64,000 nt of DNA, taken from contig JALDTO010000179.1 of NCBI GenBank assembly GCA_023515725.1, positions 599,873-663,872 of the forward strand, in the 5' to 3' direction. This document shows, piece by piece, positions 54,071 to 64,000 of the stretch. The stretch's first letter is position 1. Each line of letters begins with the position of its first letter. This DNA comes from Amoeboaphelidium protococcarum X5 (taxonomy: Eukaryota > Fungi > Aphelidiomycota). The notes under the pieces were generated by a model. That model did not search any database, was not told where the DNA came from, and saw only the letters and a list, made by a program, of their open reading frames with translations. A program made the position numbers and the translations under genes.

Positions 54071-54198
54071 TTAATGAAATAATGTAATTCTAATAGCTAT
54101 GGTGGAGAGTTTAATTGAGCCGTGATATTTGATGTATGAAAGTGTTATGATAAAAAGCTTTGCTTTGTGGGTTCATTCTTATTTCTAAGTAGTATTAT

Positions 54199-54864
54199 TC
54201 ATTCATTATCACAACCAGTTTTTACAACATCTTACAGACTACAACCTTCTGACTTAAACTGACTAATCCTCGGCGACTACTTCCACAATGAGAGACTAAT
54301 GATTGAAGACTCTCGCGAAGTTATTGGCAACAATTTCATTTACTAAACGTCAACAGATATAAGATGCGGTGATAATAAGTCATATGGTAAACGAGCAATA
54401 GCTTGGTAAGTCGCGCACTTTTCTTCATAATCTTGATAGTAATATAGGATAGCGTCTCTTTACCAAGAAATAACGCGCTTTATATTGACTTAAGTATGAG
54501 GTACTACATCCAACCGCCCGTACCTCTCTTCAATATCGAGCAAGGTTGCTTTCATCTTGCGCAAAGTAGATTCCATTTATATCAAAATTTCCCTAATTTT
54601 CCCGCATTTATTCATCATCTATTCGAATAATTCACATTACTTGGCTATTAATTAATCGCGATTAAGTAGTGCGCCATTGTTAGACTCATCACAGAACAAG
54701 TGGTGCACTTCATCAGGACAGTCATCCACGGGGCGATCCAACCAAAGCGCTGATATCTTGAAATTGATTGCTGTCTGAGCATACTTGAATCCTTCATCTG
54801 TAAGAGACTTGTACTATTGTTGGAGTTAAATGATAGACTTTAATCGCTAAATTATCGCGCTCAT
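54199..54864 (-). CDS. CINP-like (CDK2-interacting protein) coiled-coil protein, 221 aa
   Basis: Helical body, YYYQDYEEK, and C-terminal LSLWKQSPRI resembling CINP LSMWLHQPYV. Confidence 0.55.
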
Positions 54865-55042
54865 TATATACACTGAGCTTTGTGAAATAATAATGTCAGT
54901 CGCAAAGAGAAGTTTTGATCAATCAGACGCGACTAAAAGGAGACTAAGCTAAAACGTTTGATACAAGCACATATATTTTTACTGTCTTTGACATATCATA
55001 TTGCATCTGATGGAACAATATGAGTATTACTATAAGATTAAA

Positions 55043-58009
55043 TCACATAAAACCTCTCTTCGTGGACACAAGGTCGAAAGGCAATAATCCATGTTAAAAA
55101 GTGTCAAGTACCAGTTTGTTCTACTCCTTAGTAGAGTTGGAACGGCCCAAAGTAGGCGATATAGTGAGACTACTGGAGGTGACAGCAACAGACGAGGATA
55201 TTCGCGATTGCAACAGAGATCGTCGGCGAGGATCAGAAAATGTTGCTGATAAACTAGGGGACAATGCATTATTAAATTCACCAGAGTCCCTTTCACCTTC
55301 ACCCATTCGGTCAGAAGTTTGACGACTTCCTCGATTCTACGAGCCAGACGACATATCAAAAGTGACAGGATATTGATTGACAATCCATTTGAGGCTCGGA
55401 ATTGATAAAAGAAGATTGCGTCTCCGATCAAGATTGTCAACCTAGTCAATTAAGCATAGGAGATAGTTCAAATCTTCATCTACTTCAGCGAATTTCATCT
55501 GACTGCAGACATAATTTACAAACTGATCCGTGGCCTATAGTATACCGTCTGCCAAATATTACAAGAAATCACCCCTTGATAATTAATGCAGAGCTGTAAG
55601 CGCAAACTTAAAGTTAAATGCAGATGGCGCGTATCCGCCGAGTTCATCAAAGCAGCATTTGATTTGGAAGAGTAGATCAAACTATTGCTCCAGTTACGAG
55701 CAGTAATTAGCATCAACCTTTGATGACATTTCACCTTCGCCACCAGTATTGATATTGAGCACCTACTTTACATACCCGTGACGAAAAGACACAGATGATG
55801 GTAGCGAAGATGTCTTTGCAGCAGAAGTGGGCCTTTTACTATTCACATCTTTGGAAGCGTACGCAGCGCAGAACCAACATTGGCAGCCAACAAAATCATT
55901 CAGTGCTTTAAAAGTACAAAGGTCTTCCACTATGCGAAACACAGAGTTCATTAGTCGCTAATGACAATTGAAGAATATTTACAGTTTAGAGGGCTGGTTG
56001 AGACTTATCTAAGGGTCCTCAGACGCGGTTCTAGACAAAACCAGCGGCGATGCAATGGCTCTAGGAGTAGCATAATTCTTGAAAGAGAACAGATCAATAG
56101 ATTAAACATTCTCTGATGCCTGAACTGACAGAGGCTAGCTTTCTTGAAAGATATCCTACAAGAACTCTTTATACTTGGTCTCCCATAAGTTAGAAAATGA
56201 AGATTAGCATTCTTGAATAGCTTCAGGGATGACATTTGATGGCTTCCTAGGAGAGGATTTAGCAGACTGACTGCTACTATTCGTTAACAGACTTTTCAAC
56301 ATCCCAAGCATGCCCTTCTATGGCACATTAACTGGCTTCAGTCTTTAACGCTTAAATAATTATAAATCATCACGTTACTTCAAACACTTACTTAACATAC
56401 CAATCTCGTACTTACGATACATCTATCTTGATTCTTGCAAGAACCATTGGAGAGGGAAATCAAGCTGCTATGTCCTTATATCAACATTATACACCATATT
56501 AGATTTTGAGATTGCCTTGATAATACATGCATTCTGCAGCACATCCATATACTAAACGAAATCGGGAAGCTTTCTATAATTGGAAACTTGCGCTTGCACT
56601 GAACAATCCATAAAATCTTACTTTTCAAGTTCAAACTAAAGCATTTTCGATACCAATGCAGGAAGTAAATTACTCAAGTCCAGCTAATCCCTTTGAAATA
56701 TACAATCCTTAAGAATTTGAAGAAGCTGCGATTACTCGTATTAAGCCAACTGCAACGCAAGGGACAAATACGAAGCTTGAAATTCTACGCTGATCGACTT
56801 TAAAGAATCTACCAACATTGATGGGTCCTATTTCAAATCATACATGACAGAGTAAATCGGAACTTGCCTTTCCTTCTTATCAAAGATCTATGTAGTATCT
56901 ACGTTGTCGTGAGAACATATAAACTTCAATGACAGCCTATTGATATACCAACTGAGGAAAGATCTTTATATGTAAAGCAAGTACTCCGAGCACACTATGA
57001 AAAATGTGGAATTTTGATTAAAGTATATGCAATCTTCGAGCTTAGCTGAAATCTACACTCTATAGAACGCCATGGAGACAGTCACAGAATCGGAATCGTC
57101 ATTGCCACGACATCGAATAGCTGATGGATTATCAGCCTCAAATGGCGCTCTCCAAATAGCACAATTAATGTCAAGTCCATCATCGCTTTGATAAAGTAGA
57201 ATCAACTAATCAGAACCATCAAATAAATCACGATTGAACCTCACAACGACTTAGAAATCGGTATCATTCATTGGGATCTAAGAAGGCAACATAGTCTCGA
57301 TTCCAAGCAATGGAGACGCCTTAAAGTCATCTCTATCACTTATATTAAAAGATTTCAACTTAACACACGTCTTGTCCTTACCATCCCTTTATAAAACGAA
57401 CAGAGCACCAAATACTTCATCATAGTACGACCACATATGATCACAGCAAACAGATTTGACGCGTTAAGGCTAGCCTTGTAACTGCCATGAGTTGCCGCCA
57501 GATTGGTTTACATACAATTAGTACACCTCAACAAACTCAGTCTAGGATATCAAGAGCAATTTGCATTCATTAGAACTGCTACCTATCTACGATGCGGTAC
57601 TTCCATTCAAGAAATATGATTATTAGGTGTTGTTAGACTCTTAGCCAAGTTGGAAGACGCGCCTCTGACGCGACTCAAGCTCTATAAGCCAAGTTATATG
57701 AAGCAAAGAATCAGCATCTTGTACATTGAGAGTAAGCAACTTTTAGCTCTTGCTCATTGATACGTTCGATAAATGTATACTCCCAACGTGTTGGTAAACT
57801 ATCTTCAGCTAGTTTAAGTGACTTTAGGAGTTTATCTCTACATAGCCCACAAAGGATTTCTTCTAGTCAGCAAGAAACCATGTCAAGTAAATGATGTCTT
57901 TTCCACCAAGATTGGCCTTATTCAAAAGTCTTAAAGTGTCTGTAGATTTTAGCGACAACTTCTAACGCAAAACGCTGCTGGATACATCAGATTTCGCTGA
58001 AAACTCCAT
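55043..58009 (-). CDS. GSAP: GSAP/pigeon-like protein, ~988 aa
   Basis: Propeller-like N-terminus (IIYLTW...FVGY...SNVSMSKSQKLLTL...RVFQL) and APSAFNFKFALTALHQLSRGDFLQYLADGILQATDQFV, resembling the GSAP C-terminal motif. Confidence 0.6.
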
Positions 58010-58504
58010 TATGATAACAGCGAACTTAGGATTGATCAACTTGTAAAAAAAGGTTGATTGTAATTTTGGAAACGAGAATTATCAAGATACATAAGCTAAT
58101 GATGAAAATGAAAGCGTATTAACATTATCGATTATAAAGTGTAAGTGAAACGGTTTCAAGTCTTTATGCAATGCGATAGATAGGCGTCTAAATAATGCTA
58201 TCATCAGTTAAACGATGTCAACGATCGATCGTCAGGTGATGTGAAAATAGAAGAATCCCAAACTGATGGTGATATTATTTTTATAACGATCGATTATTAT
58301 GATGATACATTTTGGGAGTTCCCCAGTCCACTGTTTCTCAAAACGGCCTTGATGACTCGAAGTGATCTGATCTGATCTAAACTGAACGAACGAACGCCTT
58401 ATCGCTCTTCTCTTTGTGAAACTCACACGCTCGGACGCCTAATTTTTCGTTTCTAATTAGCCACCTCATAAAAACACATCTTACAACGCTTGAATATAGT
58501 CATA

Positions 58505-59026
58505 ATGCTGGTAGAGGAATATCACAATACTCTGAATACATAACATATGTTTTCTGATTGCTCTGCTTTGAATACTGCTGCTCTAGAGCAGGCACTATGC
58601 CGTTTGTAGAGTCGATAATTGGCTGGTGATCGGCTTGTCTCTGGGGACCATTAGAAGTCTGATGGTTAGTACATGAGATCTTCTCAGTCTTCCGTTGATG
58701 CTTCAGTATCCTCATCATCATGCTGCTCTTCGTATAGAAGCTCTTCTGTGGCTTTTGCTGAGTATAGTCTTGCTGTAATGTCTCCTAAGGTGCCCACTGC
58801 ACCACCACCAACACCGTGCAAAGGATTCTGCTGGACAATGGGCGCACCCGGGTCAAATAATGTCTTGGGAAACTAATTGAAAAGTGATAGATAAAATTTT
58901 GATCATACTTGCAAGAGAGCATAGGTAAATGACCGCAACATTGCCATGAGATCCGAATTTGATCATGACAATGATGATGAAGATGTATTTGTAATCTCCG
59001 ATGTTGAACATTCTGGCGAAATTTGA
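58505..59026 (+). CDS. Small Ser-rich disordered protein, 173 aa
   Basis: Table-6 ORF with SPKVPTAPPPTPCK and an acidic end; CT-rich leader upstream. Confidence 0.55.
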
Positions 59027-60346
59027 TTTGGGAAGGGAAGTAAAGAAGCACATTTGATCTAGATTTTTGTTGAAATATTATTATTATTGTTATGAGTAAC
59101 ATTTTAAATCAAGATTTCAAATGGTTTGCTTTTAACTAAATTTACTAGTCATAGAATCGAGTTAGCATTACTGTAAAACGCGTTCCTCTTGCTTGTTTGT
59201 CGTTTTAAGCGCTGTAGCTTACTCTAACGCGGTCTGTCACTCTGAGTAAAATTAAACTTTTAGAAATCGTGGAGAAGGCCAGAAACAAGAGATATGAGTT
59301 TTATATGTTCATTTTAGAGTACAGTACACGCGTATTAAGCCTAACCTAAAACGGTGTTATTTCACTCCTGTTTAACTGATTCAAACAGCTGTGAGGAATG
59401 CTATTAAAACGAACGGCTAAAATTTGCTTGTCTCAGTTCTGTCTACTCTATATATTACTCCTTTGAGTCTTCTCTTCATGACCACAAGAGCCTCTTTGAT
59501 CATTATTTGAATACTTAACACGTATTCGGTTCAGTTTTCGTTATGCCCAGCACACGGGTATAGAGTCAGGGGTTCTACCTAACTCCAACCTGAACAAATG
59601 AAAGCTCAAATTCGATAAGCCGATTGAAAGCCTCATGATACAGATAATGAACATAATTTGCGTGAAAAATGAGCCAAAAAAATCCAGCATCACGTAACCG
59701 TGCTGGACTCAAAAATGATATGAGTCTTTGATGTGTGACTACAGATGTAAAGCCACGAGTAGCAAACCGTATTGCAAAGATTAGTACTGAATCATCTAGT
59801 CATCATATTACCGGGATATTTCCCAGGCAACTTTGCCACTCACCACTGGAACCGGAGAATTTCGGTCGTTTCGGCAAAAGACGATTGAGTCAGAAAAGTG
59901 CCGGCGGTCGGTGGATTGTTCTAGACTTTGCGACTGACTCACTCCCCTGGAAAAGTTTAAGTAATCCACGGCTCGGGCGCCAAATCATCACATTCGGAAA
60001 AGTCTATCTTCTTTCTATCGCATCGTGTGCTTACTAACGCAATTATCGATTACTTCAAATCGTGACATTCATTCTAATTACTTACTGCTGGCATTCTAAT
60101 TTCAAGTACTATCAAGGTATGTTTGACCACTAGATCCGTTTCGTAGGCGATTCTGTTGATGACGGGCCGGCGAGGGAATCGTCTGACTTTCTCTTCTCCG
60201 ATCGCTTGCGCAGCTGCGTGAATAAGCCGCCTATAAATATGACGACGACAGCGTAGATGCAATAATTATAGCCCGCCAATTCTGATCATTTTATTTATAA
60301 CTCATCGCTCTGTTAGTCGAAGCTTAATTCTGGTATTTCTGGCAGT

Positions 60347-61222
60347 ATGTATTAGATTCCGTATCCTGTGTAACCGAGATTGTCCTACAAGGCTAAGCTG
60401 AACATGATGTTACCCCTTCCCTGGTCACAGCAGCGTCTTCCGATATCTTCATTGCTTGAGGCTGATGCTTACTCTAGCAAGAAGGCTGTGTCCGCTAGTC
60501 GTGATAACAATCTGAATGATACTGTAGAGAATGTGTATAATAAGCTGTGTGTTAATGGTCAGTAGCGTCATGATGTGTAACTCCCGAGCTTGAAGATGGT
60601 TGGCGATATTCCAATGATGCAGTTGGAAGCGCAAGGTCAAGTAAGTAGCTTATCAGCAGGTTCATCAAGTGGCAGTGCCAGTAATGATAGCGATACGCAT
60701 CAGTATGCTTTGTAATTGTTGAATCTGGTCGGTGGACAGTCTGGGCCATCATCCCCCACGCAATCGTTTGATCCGAATGAATCAGGGAGACTGATGTTTG
60801 TTTAACCCAGATCTGGTAGCTAGGATGGCAACACTACTGAGTAATCAAGTTATCAGCATTTTCAATAGCATCATCAGTAGCAGTAGAAGTAAAAGGCCAG
60901 TAGTAATCATGGTAAGATATCTAGAAAGCGTCAATCGCGCATGGCTGAGAAGGCTGCCCGTCGGTGTCATGCTTGCAATGTCAATGAGACTCCAGAGTGG
61001 CGTAGAGGTCCTGATGGTGCACGCACTCTCTGTAATGCCTGCGGTCTGACTTATGCAAAGCTGCTGAAGAAGAGCAAGGAGAGCGGTATTGATCTGGTCA
61101 GCACTAGTCCAATGTTTGAGAAGAACTCGGCCGTGTAGATGCTGTCCTTTGCAAGCAAGAATTCTCTGCAGTAGTTGCGCTTGTAGCGAGAAGATAAATT
61201 AAAGTCTATTATGTTTAAGTGA
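60347..61222 (+). CDS. GATA zinc-finger transcription factor (NsdD/Gat2-like)
   Basis: [28 protein letters not shown]; Gln-rich tracts built from mixed CAG/TAG/TAA. Confidence 0.9.
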
Positions 61223-61774
61223 TTGTGGCTATGTTTTTACTGTAATTCAATATAATATTATGTTTGCATCATTAAATTTTACCTTTATTGTGATGTGGTT
61301 GTTGTCGCCTATAGATGTGGGGTGATGGCATTGAGGCGATAAGGTTTCGTTTGACAAATTTTCGCACAAATTCTGCTTCTAGTTCTCTTCTTTCCTCAAA
61401 TGTGACTTCTCAATGATGATCAATGCATGTATTACATGATTTTTTGGATGATTATACCCAAATCTGATTTAATGAAATTGAGAGAAGTCATCTTTATACG
61501 TATTACTTTCTTTATCAAGTGTTGTTTCCGCATAGTTTATCTACAAGTTTCTCTTCACTTCATTTACTGCCGTACACATCACCTACTACATTTCATTTCT
61601 TTTATAACATAAATAGAGACAAACCATAAAGCAAAATGAGAAAACAGATTGTTACTAACATCACTTTATTATCTCATCAAAGTACATCATCATTATTATC
61701 AGTCATCTACAATTCAGTCCACTAAACGCGCGTCCCACTAGTAACTATCACTTGTATATGTATCATGTTGGCCA

Positions 61775-63225
61775 TCAGTCAAATTTCAGACCCCAATCCT
61801 TCAGCTCACTGCGAGATGTCACCCAATCAGCTACAAACTTGCTGCACTTCATAAAGCGCTTGGCTGCATATTTATTGAAGATGGCCTTAAAGTCCTTCTT
61901 GGCAGATAGGAAATGCATCATTTGCAGCACACACGGCTTCATATCGCTAATCTCATAACCAGAGTAATGAATCAGGTTAGCATCCCACTTTCCCTTTTTA
62001 CGGTCAAGCATGACTCTAGCCAGGTAGAGGGAGCTGGCAGCACGCAGAGAAGGTGCACATGCCAGGAACCACTCATCAAGCAAGGTGATCTCCAACAGGT
62101 ACTTGGCCAGAGTTCTGGCCTCAATGTCAAAATCATCAGCCTTTGAGCAACGACGCAGAAAGTTGATAGGATCCGGGCTGTGTACTTTAAAGTTCAAAGA
62201 GGACAACATGTAACGCTCAGCTTTACAAATCTCTTCATGAGAATATCCACCAGCACTAATATAAACATACTGACTCAACTGAGGAGGATATATCTCTTCA
62301 ACTTTACCGGCAATAAACATTGCAGTGATACCAACCAATTGTAGTTTATTCATGGCAACAGTACGCACAGACATGAATCTGTCTATCAGATTAATAGTCA
62401 GGTACAGAGATTCTGGCAACATTTTAAACTTCAAATGGACATCAACCAGCCAGTCAATCAGAATTGATCTCATCTTCCACTGAAGCTCATCATGCTTATC
62501 AATGTAGTTTGGATTAGGCATAAACTTGGGCTCTTGTTCACGCAGGTAGTCAAATATCTCAACAACATACTCACTGGCCATCAAGGGATCCCCAGCGTCC
62601 TCGGCATCAAGATCATCCCAGTGAGGAGCTAGACGCTTCTTACTCTCAGCACCAACTTCTTCCTTATGAACAGCAGAACTTACTCCTGCTTTAGCTGTGG
62701 CATTCTCTTTCTCTACAGCTTTACGACGGCCTGATGATCGACGCTTGGTTGGTTATTTCTATTAAATGGCAGCAGAGGTGACTGATGTAGCAGACACCTG
62801 AACTTTGCTGGTCAGAACTTTATTGTTGTTCTAAACTGCAGTAGTTGACGTCTTTGTGACCTTTTAGTCAACCTTTGATAGAGCAATACTTTACTACAAC
62901 ACGATATGGGTATGAGAGAATGACGACAAACAATGAATCAGATTACCTTTTGTGCTATCACTGCAGCGTTAGCGCCAGTACCATTAGCGTTACTCAAATC
63001 ACCCAGAGCCTTTCTGGTTCTGTTCTAGTTATTAGCAGTAGTACCAATCTTTGATGGAACTGCAGAGTCTTTGCTTTTATTGCTGAAACCATCGATACTT
63101 TTAGCACTTTGAGCCTACACACACACATAAGAGAACGTCTCGTCAATGATCTTTGAGTCATGTAACAGCTCACTTACCTAGCTTTATGATCTTGTTTCTA
63201 TACGCCGAGAACTACGGGATATCAT
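61775..63225 (-). CDS. G2/M B-type cyclin; introns 63115-63177 and 62894-62946
   Basis: D-box RKALGDLSN; DLDAEDAGDPLMASEYV; cyclin box MRSILIDWLVDVH. Confidence 0.93.
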
Positions 63226-63798
63226 ACTTTATCTACATAAACATAATCATTAACATTTGATGAGATACAAGTAGCAATTATACTTACTTTTGCTTGTAAC
63301 TTAACTTCAAACGAATGATAGAGAGAAAGAGAACAACAGTGATTTGATTTATTAGTCAAGGAAGTTCCAGTCCAGATACTTGATATTGATGCCAGATATC
63401 AGATGGTTTAAAAACAAAAGCACTTCTTGGATGATGAAGTGAAAAGTGCCAAATGTGTTGATATATCAACTGTTGAGTAATATTGTGGACTAAAAGGAAC
63501 TAGCTGTTCACCTCAAACGACAAAATACAAAGTAAAACGGAGACAGAAACGAGAACAAGAACAACAACAACAAAGAGAGACAAAGGACGACGTTTCAACC
63601 GCGTGTCTCTGAAACAATGAGGCTGTGAAACGATTGAATGTAATATGAAACGCCTCTCTTTGTACTGTACTGTACTGTACGGTCTATGGAGTGCTGCAAT
63701 GACTGAACTTTGGAGATGCGGTGGTGTGTCGTTTAGGTAGTTGAAAATGACGAAATGAAAGCGCAGGCTAGATAAGAATAAAAGGATGATTATATTTT

Positions 63799-64000
63799 AT
63801 GAGAAATTCACTGGTAGTTTTCAAATTCTTGTGCTGCTGTTTCAGTCGTCATTCTCGACAATGTCAGACACAGCAGAGTCCAAAGTGGAGTTACTCGGCG
63901 GAGAAACTGGAGAATCTTGAGTGGCATGTGCGGAAAGAGATTGCCAACCTGGTGGCTGATGGTAAGCATGAGAGTGCCAGGATCAAGGTGGAGTCTGTGA
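63799..64000 (+). CDS. IST1: IST1-like protein, 5' part (runs off the window)
   Basis: RKEIANLVADGKHESARIKVESV. Start codon uncertain. Confidence 0.6.
   Translation, partial: MRNSLVVFKFLCCCFSRHSRQCQTQQSPKWSYSAEKLENLEWHVRKEIANLVADGKHESARIKVESV

Noticed and set aside
58660-59011. Antizyme-like +1 frameshift on the minus strand (ATT-TGA-C at ~58853)
   Set aside because: The shifted frame stops after ~57 codons and lacks antizyme motifs. The plus-strand ORF is more protein-like.
63661-63680. (TGTAC)4 microsatellite upstream of cyclin B
   Set aside because: Simple repeat with no supporting evidence of function.
1-64000. Mass pseudogenisation or RIP-like C-to-T damage as the cause of in-frame stops
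   Set aside because: The internal stops are TAA/TAG at Gln positions in essential genes, with no internal TGA and intact motifs.

Overview
Compact, intron-poor eukaryotic (fungal-like, Holomycota) genomic DNA that uses a non-standard nuclear code. TAA and TAG encode Gln and TGA is the only stop (translation table 6), which is why the supplied standard-code ORF track is fragmented. Re-read in table 6, about 35 genes assemble, mostly as single exons. They include EMC1, NF-YB, FES1, PXA1, two START-domain genes, a PPR gene, PEX12, GIR2, a delta-5 desaturase, MSP1, DLD2, GCN20, RRP3, MON2, RPL18, a GSAP-like gene, a GATA factor and cyclin B. Fungus-like proteins plus this code point to the aphelid Amoeboaphelidium protococcarum or a relative (inference). 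Accessory content: (1) a ~6 kb Helitron (35.9-41.9 kb), recoded to the host code, with an extra putative OB-fold ORF, a duplicated N-terminal Cys/His module and altered helicase motifs; (2) a ~560-bp MITE; (3) a tandem pair of ~865-aa F-box-like paralogues, one frameshifted; (4) an inverted segmental duplication (GCN20 3' end plus a secreted ependymin-like gene) bracketing ~26 kb. Other oddities: a SURP-less SF3A1/Prp21 half-gene, a shortened EMC1, an OCIAD-like protein, TAR codons close to the terminal TGA, and apparent ACGCGT enrichment. All translations were done by eye, and long ORFs were spot-checked rather than read in full.
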